A stretch of DNA of 64,000 nucleotides from Nemertoderma westbladi (taxonomy: Eukaryota; Animalia; Xenacoelomorpha), in the NCBI GenBank assembly GCA_032718475.1, contig JAUCBJ010007887.1:1-64000 (forward strand), read 5' to 3'. This document shows positions 23,480 to 35,679 of the stretch, one piece after another. The translations under genes and the position numbers were made by a program. Position 1 is the first letter of the stretch, and every line of letters begins with the position of its first letter. The notes beneath the pieces are model-generated. The model was not told where the DNA came from, did no database searches, and was given only the letters and a program-made list of their open reading frames with translations.

Positions 23480-25643
23480 TGAGAGAGGGAAATCGCGATC
23501 GTGGAGAAGTTAGTCAAGAGGAGGAAGTTGGGAAAGAGTGAGAGTGAATTGTTGTCGATTTCATAAGGATACATCCAGAGAATAAGACGAGGAAGTATTA
23601 CGATTGGCTTCCTAAGAGTCAGAAGGCGTACATGTTGCAAGATCAGTACTGAAGTATAAACGAACGACGATTATTGGGGACCTACGGGACCCTGTCGTTA
23701 GACAATGCGATCGACGAACATCTTCATTATGTCGTGAAGGGGGAGAAAGGTTCTTTTGCGATTACAACCCATAAGAGGGAACAACCAAAGAAAGAGTGGA
23801 GGAAATTTGTCGAGTCGATAAAGAAGGAAGGATACATGGTTTTGGATGATGAGGGGACCATAGAGGATGACGATGAGACGAGGAAGGGGTTGATGGGGTG
23901 GGGTAGAACTATATTACTGCATCTAGTGGCATCGAACGGAGATCCTGTTCAGAGATTCTGTTCAACCTGGGGACCTATGGGAAGAAAGATGGACCAAAGC
24001 TAAACCGTTTGCCGGATGCGGTACAGTTGCTGGTGAGATCAGAGAATACGATAAAGATCGGATCAGTGATACGCGAGGACGCGGAGAGAATTATTGGACC
24101 GAACACCCCGTGTCTTCTGGATACACAGGTAGTCTATATGGCTATGACAAAGCGAGATGGATTGGGATTGGTGAATAACATAGGACAATACGAAGCTGTG
24201 GCGATGGGCCAGCTTATGGGACTCATATGCCATAAGCCGATGGAGTGGAAGAAGTTCCAGGAGGAGTACGGAGTGGAACTAATGGAATAGTTAGGGAAAG
24301 TTAATTGGGGCGCGAGGCCGGGGAGAGAAGAATTGTACCATTTCCAAAAGGGGATGATCAGGTTATACCAGAAGAGGTATACCTTGCAAGAGGACTGGAT
24401 AATGATCGGGTTAGTGAACCTGTTCATGATGGTGGTCATCGGCAGGAAGCCGGTGGCATTCTACTGTTGGGAGCACCTCTGAATCACAGAAGAACCTTTA
24501 TAACTGCTTTTTAAGGTCTTGTAGACCACCCAGGGTAGAAGGGTGAGTCGGTGTATTATAATACCCGACATCTGGTGGACAGAGAAGTAGATACACCATA
24601 TCGATGATGGAAGAAACACAAGGCGGATAGAAGTTGGGAAGGTAGGAAGAAGAGGCTGCTAGGATAGAGAGGTAGCAGGTAGAGAGGCAGCAGAAAGAGG
24701 AGGGGAGAATGATTTCAATGCTCAGGACTTGGACGAGTTGAGATGGGACTCAGAGACCTCAGGCGAGTTTCGGCTAGAGGATGAGATGGAGTGGATGGAG
24801 GGATCGCCAATACAGTCGATGTCTGGATTACAGAGGATGCCAATACCTGGGGGGTCCAAGGGCAATTATAAGAGAAAAAGACCAAGAGCAGTGGAAGATT
24901 GGAGAGCTATGGGCGAGTACCAGGATAGGAAGGGACACGGGAAATCGATCTCAATCCCGGGTTTGGAACCCCTTACAGCAGAGGAGACAGAAGAAGACGA
25001 GTTCGGGGAGATGCCACCGATAGAGAGGATTGGACGGACGGATACGGACTGGGTAGACGGGAGGGTGGTGACAGCCAGTAGGGCGAGAGCCTCCTGGGAT
25101 CCCCCAAGTAAGCGAGTCTAGGAGCATGGAGAGCCGGCCACGAATTTCCCGGTGGATAAGATCTGACTAGGTGAGCAACCAGGGACAGCACCACGAATGG
25201 TATTTGGGGATTCAATGCAGAGAGAAGGAGTAGACATCAACATGGGTAGACACGATAATATGGAGATGTTCATGTATCAGCGTCTCCACAGACCCAGATG
25301 GTTGCGTGGAGCAAAGGACGAGTTTGGGAGGCAGACTGTGATAGATGGCTGCTATTATTGTGGGAGATTAACCCACCAGCATAAGAACTGTCTATATCTC
25401 TATGAGAAGGGAGCAATGTACTGCCACAACTCCACCCATAGGATAGGTATATGTCCAAAGTTACATCATAGGTGTGGCAAGTGTAGATTCAGGGGACTCT
25501 TCGAGCGTCAAGGTGATTGGATAGATGATGAAGAGAAGTATCGTATCTTCAAAGATTGGGCTGACGTGGGTGTCATGACCAGACAAAGAATGAAGGCCCA
25601 GGAGATCCAGTGGGGATTCTTTAATATTAAATTTTTTTATTAG
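23480..25643 (+). pseudogene. Accessory ORF of B2: DEDDy-like exonuclease plus triple zinc knuckle, degraded
   Basis: GYMVLDDEG (23845-23856), LLHLVASNG, LPDAVQLLVRSENTIKIGSVIRED, LLDTQ, HKPMEWKK, FQKGMIRLYQKRYTLQED; GCYYCGRLTHQHKNC..YCHNSTHRIGICPKLHHRCGKCRFRG..WADVGVMTRQR..WGF. Confidence 0.78.
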
Positions 25644-26167
25644 CTACTGGGACAGGGGTCTCATTGACTGAAACAGGAGGACGAGACAAAGGAGCCACTT
25701 ATCATATATGTAGCGCATGTATGCGAGACTGCGAGGATCCAACAGAAGTGAGAGAGTGAGAATAGTAAGGGGTTGAGTAAGAGTGATATGATGAGAGACA
25801 AGGGTTTAAGCAAGGATGGAGAGCACAAATTTCGGAAATGTGGGGAGCGATTCAGGTGGAGGATGAGTCCTAAGGGACTAATGAGGTAAGAAGGAGGTGA
25901 TGAGATTGGACGCTAGTATCCAAGTTAAAATTGAGTGAGGAGGAAGGGCGAGCCTCTAAATAGAGAAGCGCCATACCTTGGTGCAACTTAGTTCGCAGAT
26001 GTACCAAGGATGGGTTGTGAGACCAGACTCAATAGGGCCAGACTGGATATTTGGCCCCAGAGAAGATATTTCCATCCTACATCAAATATTAGAATGGATT
26101 CCAGCAGAATGGAGTGCACTTATTGGTTGATGCTATCTTCTTACAAGGAAGATAGCATGGGGGGGAG

Positions 26168-26765
26168 TGTTAGCGGATCCATACACTGCACGCCACCTTG
26201 TGAGATAAGGGGGGATAGAGTGATTTACGAATCACACCCAGGTATGCAATATCCAATACCCAATATATTATTGCATACCGAGAAGGAATATGAGGCAATG
26301 TGGTGGTAGCTTGGAGATGGTTAATAACTCATCTCAGGGAGGAAGTTAGCATAGGGCCAAACGGAACAGAGAGTAGTGGCAGGGGGAGAAAATCAACCAA
26401 TAGCGGGCAGCACATGGCCAGTGAACGCGTATCTATTGGTAGGTTGACATGTAGGTAGAAATGTGTAATAAGCTTTCTATGCAATCTGTATAAATCCATT
26501 ATCCAATATTAATTGTGTTCAGTTGGCTATTAATTACTGTGGAAGTCAAACAGTTCTTGACCATCGCCCGTGCTTGCTACATTCTGATTGTGCTGTTTTC
26601 TACCAGTAATTATATATCAGCTATTATTAACAACAATAAACCACAACTCTTACTATCTTTTATATATACTGGCTTATGGGCTTTCAACTGCAATGCGGCA
26701 ATGCATACTTAACACAACACAAAACACAACGGTCGGGATCCTGCGGCAACTCAGATCCAGTCATA
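26168..26765 (+). mobile_element. 3' LTR of element B2 (right end approximate); PPT 26159-26167
   Basis: GGGGGGGAG|TGTTAGCG; similarity to solo LTR 27393-29211 including a terminal GGATC..GATCC hairpin. Confidence 0.65.
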
Positions 26766-27392
26766 TCAGTAGTTTTGTCAACAACCTTCGGTAAAAACAA
26801 CAATCGGTAAAAACCAGCTTGCCAAAAGCCTTAGCGATCTGATCAAAGCATCTGGTATATATTCTGACTGTCGAAAGATAACCCCTATAAGTCCAGGCCA
26901 TTGTGGATCATAATATTACCTCCAATTATGCCCAAATGAATTTGGGTCATAAATCTTTAGTGACAACATCAACATATATATTATAACATTATGATGGTTT
27001 TGTTAATTAATTAATTAATTCCTTTCAGTTGTGATGGGATTAAATCTTTATATGCACTGCTGAGACCAAAAAACAATATAGTGCCTTATCAGCTGATAGC
27101 TGTATAAAAAACGGCAATAATTATCACCCCATGTTTCTTACCTACAATAATGGTCAGGTTAACAAACATTAAGGCCTACTAGCAAAACCAAATTGAAGTC
27201 ATGTGGTTGCGCAATCTACCATACCATACAGTAAATATAATTATTGTGTTTATTATTGCTTGACCAGTATACATAGGATATGTCGTGGATGCCCTATGTC
27301 ATCCCAAGTTATTGCATTGTATTAGTGTACATAGGACGTGTGGTGAGGCCATATGCTAACTAAATTATTATATCATTACCTACAGAAAGGAG

Positions 27393-29211
27393 TGTTAGTG
27401 GATCCATTCCACTGTACATTTCCTACCATAAAATGGGGGCGGGGGGGGGGGGGGGGGGGAGCCCCAATTTACCAAGTTGGCTATTAAAGGTATCCTATAG
27501 GGCATACCAGCAAAGTTATGATGCAGTAGGGCCAGCTGGTCAGTGGATTAGCAGTCCGCCTCGGTGGTTAGATGCTGGCATAGGGCCTAAGGGAGGTAGA
27601 ATCAGGACGTGGTCAGCTGACCAATGAGAGACCATCACATGTCGGGTTTTAGGAAGTGTATGGGATTGGAGGCCAATAACGTGTAAGCCTAAGGGCAGTA
27701 AATTTCCCCCCTTACATATATTAACGATCACGAGTGTATTCTAACCAGTTGGCATTTACTCATTATAGATGATGAACAGTTTTTCACTGTCAGCCGCAAT
27801 TAATACTGTAATACTGATTGTGCTGTAATCATTCAGCGGTAACTATATTCTGACCTATTATAATAACTTTATGGTAATAACCAGCATCAGAGAACTCATA
27901 TTTTACCAGGCCTTCCTTTGGCCATTCAGTATACCCTTAACGCGGTGTTTGCGCTTTTAGACCTTTAGCAGTTTAACCCGCCAATTTTAGGTGTCTTCTA
28001 GTTTATAAATCGACTTTAGCCTATAACAAGTATTTGTTGCATATAAAGTTACATTAGCCGAAGCCAGCCTATGCGCGACCATTCACCCACAGTTAAGGGA
28101 GACTGGATTCAGAGGCTCTGACCGTATTGCGGTGTAGACTTACTGTATTATTCGATTGCTCGTTACTATAATATCTCTGACAAATATTATTTACTTTCGG
28201 GAAATATTAACAGTTCCTTTAGGACGTGGCGCTCTAAGTATGTAAACAGAGTTATGACTTACACTAAACACAATGGGATGGCTAATGATTTTCGTATAAA
28301 GCGCATTCTTTAGGAAATGCTTTGTTATCTGTCACACTCATGCACACTACCGCACACTGCTGCACACTGATCTGCCGACCTTCACTAAATTTGATCATAT
28401 ATAAGGAGAATAGCAACTGACACATGTAGGGATTATGAAATAGCATTCAATTCACTCCAAAACCACTATAATGTAAGTCGCAGTTGCTACAGGTAACTGG
28501 TCCCTCTTACCTTCAGTATATCAAGAAGATTGGGGTTTTATGATTATTTATCGATATTCTCCAAATATAACAACATATCCATCAACTTCTAACAATTAAT
28601 AACCGACAGTAAACAGAAGTAAAATAATGCGGTAGGGCAAGTATGTATGTTCTGGTTTGTCCAGTTTGGTTTGATTTGATAACAGTTATATGTTCCTATA
28701 ATCAAAGCCGTCGAATGTTTGGCTAATGTCTGAAACTCAGAATAATTCCAAAGCCGATGTTCTGGGGCTCAGGAAAAGGTAAAACAAAGACCGTCATGCA
28801 TTGCGCGATTTCCCGTAGGCTTCTGTGCAAATAAAATGAAAATCGCTCTGATTGGTCGAGTGAGCCGAACAAAGAGAGTTAAGAAAGCTCCACATCGACA
28901 TTAAATCAGCTGATAGATTTCGTCATCTGAATTACACTGTGTTAAGAGTATTTGGCGTATTGCGGCATAAAATGGCTTGTTATGTCCGCTAAAGTACACA
29001 TACAGAAAAAATGGCTTTTTATGTCTGCTAAATAAGCTACACAGTACTTTGCCGGAAAAATGGCTTGTTATGTCCGCTAAAACAACTAAATAGTTCATTG
29101 CGGAGAAAAAATGACTGGTTATATCCGCAAAAGCCTTTACACGCGGCGACGCGTCGTCAACTTCATCAGTCAACCCAGTAGGGATCCTTTGCCAACCAGG
29201 ATCCCATCACA
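27393..29211 (+). mobile_element. Solo LTR (B3, B2-like) interrupted by the C-family LTR
   Basis: TGTTAG..ATCACA with TSD AGGAG (27388-27392/29212-29216). Confidence 0.8.
27946..29141 (-). mobile_element. LTR of element C in solo configuration
   Basis: TG..CA, TSD CGCGG both sides (27941-27945/29142-29146); near-identical to 45685-46049 + 58125-58959. Confidence 0.93.
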
Positions 29212-30305
29212 AGGAGAGAACATTCAATAACTGATTTTTATTTATTTGGTAATCATATAACAAAATGATGGTTCTATTTGACAATCTCCATTGCTATCTG
29301 TTCAAACTATCCTAAATATGTTTTTCTCCCTTACTAATTCCATAGTATTTTGCTATATAATTTCATCTTGTTTTCGTACTAGAAAGCCAGCAAGCTGGCT
29401 TTAAACGAACCTGCCCCCCAAACTAGTACCGCAGTACCCTGAGTGAGCAAAAATGGAAACACGAAAATTGGCATCAACTCAACGATAGAAACACCAGCTG
29501 CTGGTACTCATGTGGGCCTAGTAAGCTACAGTACTACTATTGATTGAGTGGATAGGCCTTACTGCAGAGAAGTATACTATTGGCAAAATTTATTACAATC
29601 TCACTCTAACCCAGACAGTAATCAACAAACATCAACTGTAAGCTTTTGTATAATGTATTACCAGTACTGTACACCAGATGAATAGCTCTTCCCAGTGAAT
29701 CCTATGACAATAATCTATAAGGTTACTCACTGCTATGTTAGATGGGAGGCCAGGTAATTGAATTGTAAGCACTGGGCCGTTTAAATGGTTTATAGGTTGA
29801 TGATAAAATGAATGATGAAGGACCCAACTAACACTACGTTTGTCTATATGGACGGTCTCCTTACAGCTTTTCTACCGGCTTTTCTAGTTGAATCATATTA
29901 TTCTGCAACCAAATAATTTACTCTTTTAGGCGAATTTGTGCGTTTTTTTGCCGGACTAAGAAATTTTGGCGACGTTCTGTGCGAGATTGGCGATATTTGA
30001 AAAGATTCTGAGGCTCAAATATGTTGCTCAAATGACTGAATAGCCTAAATTAAAAAGTTGGTGCATACTTGACGAGGTGAAATCGGTGAAATTCGACATT
30101 AAATTTGCAAAACCGCTATTTTTCATTGATCCCTTGATCGAAACGCCACAAAAAATATACAGTCTTGTGCGCAACAAAAATCTATGTAGAGCTTGTTATT
30201 AAAATTTTTGCGTACCTGCTTGAGTTTTTGAGATATTGGATGGTTTATACACACATACACAGATAACCACATCGTGTTTTTGAATGGCTCAACTCTTGAC
30301 AAAAA
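29142..30305. repeat. Flank duplicated at 58960-60123
   Basis: Near-identical 1.16-kb direct repeat ending at CTCTTGACAAAAA. Confidence 0.95.
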
Positions 30306-33300
30306 GCGAGTTTTCAGGACAGCAGCTCTTACTGGTCCCTGACGAGTCATCTGAACGAGAGCGGTGGGTGGACCATGGGTAGTGGGAAACTTCCTCGGTT
30401 TAATGGTTCTTTCCAACTCGCGTTCTCGGGCTCGATATTCGTAGGGCCTTCGATGCACTTCCTGTAACTCTGGATGCGAGTTGATGAACAAATCGATATA
30501 TTCCGGATCTTGACGAATGAAGTTGATCAAGTTATAGGAATTAAGATCGTTAGGATTAATGTTCCTGAGATATTTACGAACAAATTTGGTTGAAATACAC
30601 TCGCCAACACGCTTCATTAGTTCGTAACTCGGTGTACGTGATTTTTGTTCAACAGACGCGAATAGATAAGGATGGAACGCATAAACTCCTTCGTAGACGC
30701 GTCCAGGGTAATAGCGATGGCGTGACTCACAATGTAAATCCTCGTTCGCTTCCCAGGCTCGGATGTAGCGTAGGGTAATCATTTCATCTACGCTTTCCAG
30801 ATTGCGGTTAAAAGGGCAATCAAAACTGGCATTCCTTTAAGTTGACAATGATGGCATTGAGTCATAAATTGGGGGCAGACTGCGAAAATGTGCAAGTTAT
30901 TGAGTCTGCAATACGCACAATAGATCTCCATCGCCGGTTGTTCATGGAAATAGGAGCAGGGTACGTCTGAGTCCATGGGGGTGAGATGGTCTCTCGATGC
31001 GCATAATCGGTAACGTTTTCGAGAAACATAGTTGGCATGCCGATAATCGTATGCGGTGAGACACTGTGGACCTTGATACCATTCCAAGACGTAGTTGTTG
31101 TCGCTGCTCTGGGGCGCTGTAGGCTGAATCTCCTCGGATTCTTAACATATTGGTTCGTCTTCCAATTGCATAGCTGAGGTAGGTGTGGCTGTCTCCTCAA
31201 GCGAACCCACTGTCTGAACTTCCACGATAGAATAACCCATGGGGATTCGAGGTCTTTGTATAACAGAGGAATGTAAGTTCTGTATACAAACATCCTTGAA
31301 AATGGCGAATCCAGCGCTGTCTAACTTCTCAGCAGCTGAGTCTCTTAGGCTGAGCTTGGTCAGAGCGCGGTCCTTGAACTGACTATCAACGTTACGGAAC
31401 GTTCACAAAGCGCCTGAAGCATTCGAAGCGGATGAATTTATTGTGTTCATCTAGCTTGGCGAGTTTGGTTCCAAGTATTAAGGGATGGGCGCATATAGTA
31501 CGACTGCACACATCGGCTAGCCAACCGGCAAGTGCGGCGTTTTCAAAGATCGTGTATATAGCTAAGGAGGGATGAAGTGGAACACTCATGAAGCTATACA
31601 CGACGCCAGGTGTGGTCAATGGTCTGTCAAAGTATAATCGAGAATAATGATCTCCATATACTTGTTGATAGTTGATAGGGTTTCCGACTTTGAAATTCCA
31701 TCCGTATTCTTGAAAGATTGCAAGATGTCTGATGGAGGTTCGTTGTACTTTAGTGATACCACTGGGCGTATTGGCATACATAGTGCGGAAGAAACCTCGG
31801 CCTACCTTCGTTATCGTAAGTGACAACTCCATACATCTCGATAATGTTAAGAGTTTCGTTCCACTCTTTAGTGGCGTTTTCTAGGGTCATTCCCACTGGA
31901 TGCCACAAGGTGGTGCATTCGCTAGCGTTAGGTAGATCCCTATACTTCAAATACTGTGTAGTATATGTTTCTACATCTCCATATCGTTGTATTCTCTCCT
32001 CTTCGAATAACACATCGAGATTCCAGTGGACTAATCGAGTTTTGATAAATCCATCGAGATTATACGGAGGTATTATATCCTTCTCTATTCTGGAAACATT
32101 GTAGGGTATTCGGAATGAGTTTACTTTCACTAACTGATCCAGATGTTTCTGCAGTTGTTCGAGTTCGACAAGATCGAGGGGATTTATTAGTGGTAGAAAC
32201 CTTAGATTATGTGTAGGATCTTCCGGTTTTAATTATGTAATATGTATTGATGTAATATTGAGTTAGATTGACATAATAAGGGTGATCTTTGATCCCATAA
32301 AACGAGTTCGGTAAAGGTCTAGCGCATATGTTGACATCGTGTACCATACGACGGACAAGATCTGCTCGATTGTCAGGAGGTTCAACGAGTATACTGTCGA
32401 CACGAGCGGCCTCGATTGGCGGACGTTGCAACATAGGGGCGTCAGCGATAAGATCTCGAGATCTTAGGTTGATATCAACCGGTTGAGGTTGTACGGTGGC
32501 GAAGAGTTTGTCTCCAAAATGGGGAACCATCGAAGGATGAATGATGGTTTTAGAATAGAGATCAGTCATAAGGATTTGAGCTTCTGGCTGGGCTAAAGCT
32601 GCTTCTTCTCTCTCATCCATTTCGATGTGTTTCTCCTCGAGCTGATTTTCCTCCGCTTGTCATTGTAAACGCTCGTCTATGAACTCTTGTAGAGAATAGG
32701 TTCGTCCAAGTTCGATGTCTTCCTCGAGGTTCTGGATTTCTCGATCGAACTGGGGTAAAGCTAATTCCTTCACCGTTTGGACTTGTTGCTGCAATTTGCG
32801 TTTCTCTAAACAATCGTAAGTTCCCTTTCCGATCTTCTGCCGAATAGCGTCTAACGCGTTTCGGACAACGCTCTCCTCAACTTCGGTGACAGGTTGTATC
32901 GGGGTTAAACCGGGACGATTGTACGGGTTGAACGGCGATATTAGATGCCCGCGTCCCAATCCGGCTAGGTAGGAAGGGCGAATATCTAGCGAGCCCACTA
33001 CCGGAGTGCCACCGATTAATTGTTCGGGTAACACAAGATCTTTAAATAGTGAGTACAGTTCAGGGGGATCCGTTATACTATTAGGATCAAGCGTTTGAGG
33101 TCTCACTAAGGAATGAGGAGGTCTGACCGAGTATTCCGGAACTCTGATCATGGGTTTATTTAAGGATCGTTTGAGTCGAGCGAGCATAGGTGATATGTCG
33201 AACAAGTTTCGCTCGAAACTCCCATAGGTATAACGAGTAAAACTGTGTTTAGCGCAACGTCTCCGCGGATGTTTATGTCTTTCCGTTTGCTGGTTGGGTC

Positions 33301-33982
33301 TAGGGCATTCATCACAGTAATACCAAAGACGCACGTCCTGCAGGGGAAACGCGGGTGATCATTCTCCAGTTTTACAATATTCCTCCATCTGTTCGAAGCT
33401 ATCTGGGACGACAGGTAGCGGTCGATCGGCAGTAAGATACATCATAGTGAAATAGAGCCATTTGAGTTCTATCATGGGGTCATGATGTATACCTTGAGGA
33501 TATCGAGTTTCTAGATTCTGTTGACTGGCAATATTGAGATATGTTTCTCTCAAGAATTCCAGATAATCGTTGAAGTCGCTGCGTTTATCCGGCTCTTCAA
33601 CGTCTTCTCTTTCGAGTCTGTTTCGAATAGAATTCTCGTGTTCTATTCTCGGTTTATCATTCTGACTCCGCTGGGTATGATATTTAAATAAAACCATTTC
33701 CCTTTCGGTGTCTACATCGTCCGTATCGTGTAAATCGATAGGATGGCCAGTAGTTAAGAAGTCCATATACGTACCATTACGATGCGTGTAGCGAGCGGTG
33801 AATTTTCTATAGTCCGATTCACGCGTGAGTTGCTCCTGGGACATTGGCGGTTCGATATAACGACCATCGTCCTCCGTAGTAGTTGGACCAGCGTCGCCGC
33901 ATATTAAACTATCAACAAACGCTTGTAACGGTAGAGTATATCGCTCCCTGATACCAAGATCATCTTCTATCAACTCAGTCAT
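30306..33982 (-). pseudogene. Accessory ORF3 of element C (about 1200 aa, frameshifted, 3'-truncated): unknown N-terminus, exonuclease-like domain, triple zinc knuckle
   Basis: Chain of minus ORFs from MTELIEDD; KEWNETLNIIEMYGVVTYDNEG (31804-31815), FKVG, FDRPLT..VYS; LCASRDH..C, YCAYCRLNNLHIFAVCPQFMTQCHHCQLKG. Confidence 0.8.
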
Positions 33983-35679
33983 AGCTGCTATATGAGTTTA
34001 TCAATGTTATAATTAGTTATAATTAGGCTAGCGGGCGTCGCTGCCTACCCCTCTCGGCCCCCGGACAGCGCAAGATCCTCAGCACCGATGTACCATCGTC
34101 GCTGTGTTTTTCGCCAACGTAGTAGCTACACAATGACAACGATAACCAGCGTGAGTCACTCCACTGTCCATCCCAAGGGCTTAGATTTACTTCAGGTTCT
34201 TACTGCAGAGGTAGGGCTACTTTCACAACTGCGACTAGCTACTGTAAACACACTTTAGTAGTATCATTCACCTATAAACGCACAAATTCCACACAACTGT
34301 CACAAATTGTACACATTCGGGCCATTTGTCCATTAGTCAAGTGCCTTCCAGAATGCCACGTTATTATTATGTATCCTTGGATACTAGCAGTGTGCTATTT
34401 ATTCCTTATGCTATTCAATGGGGCAAGCTTTCTATTGTTCTTTTAACTCGCTTCTAATTCTAGCGTGGTTGTTGCTATGGTGACATTATGGAAAGCTAGC
34501 AGTAGAATTACGGTAATTCCCATGCATACAGATCTGGGATGCTATTTAATAGTAATTCTTTTAATTGTCAATATCCCCTTTATACATGATTTTATGAATT
34601 TTTATCGGCTATTGACTATATATTGGAGATTCTCGCACACTAATACACTTAATAGGGTGAATTTCTGCTCCCATGATCTATTAATTAATGGAATTTTGGG
34701 AATGTTATAAATTGTATAAAAATGACAATTTATCAAATTCATTAAAAGAGATGAATTTAAATTTATTCCCGTAAATTTTATTATTTAATGTTGGAATAAG
34801 CACAATTTTATTCCAGAGCATGTCTGGGAACTGTGATCCTTGATTCTAGGAAATTTGTCCTTTTAAGAGTATCGGTAAGTGCTACGATATCTTAATCGAC
34901 TAGAATTTTAAAGGATCTAAAATTTGACAGATTTTAATTTATAGATTTTCTAGAGTTAACTTGTAAGTATTTACTCTATTGTATTTGTTTGACAGATTTT
35001 ATAAATATTAATAGTTAATATTTAAGATGGGCACCGGTTCATTCCAGAACTTGTCTGGGGACGTTAACCACTGATTCTAGAATTTTGTCTTTCAAGTATA
35101 TCGGTGGTAGGTGCCGCGATATCTTAATCGACTAGAATTACAGATGGTCAAAGGGTTTAACAGATGTACGCTACTGTTAAAGGGACATCACGCTACTATA
35201 TGTATTATTTAATATACGGTATGAGAGCAATATTGCAAGAAGCAATGTCAGTGAGAAGAGGCAAGTCGTTTCCAAGGTCTACCCAGAGCTTGGTTTAGCC
35301 GAGACACGAGGATCTGAACTTTGCATTCCTAATACTCTACTTACCAATAATACTTGAGTATAGTAGGAGCTTTATTGTACTTTAATAAGTACAGATATTT
35401 CATCTTACTGTAGTCACGTATTTATAATATGATATGGACAGTAAGGAAAGAGAAAAAGAATTATTTCTCGCCGTCGCACTAAATATATATAATATAAGTA
35501 AGTAAGTAATAAACACTAATATATATTGCACTAATCTACTAAATAATCGCTAAAATAACATTCTACTAAATAAAATTAAAGAAAACGATTATAATAAAAG
35601 TACATAATAATACATACATAAATATAAAAATACTAAAAATATATAAAATAATATAGTCACACACCCACTCCAGACGTCG

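Noticed and set aside
30306-33982. env gene or endogenous RNA-virus insert
   Set aside because: No signal peptide, TM anchor or RdRp motif seen; homologous ORFs occupy the same position in other Pao elements
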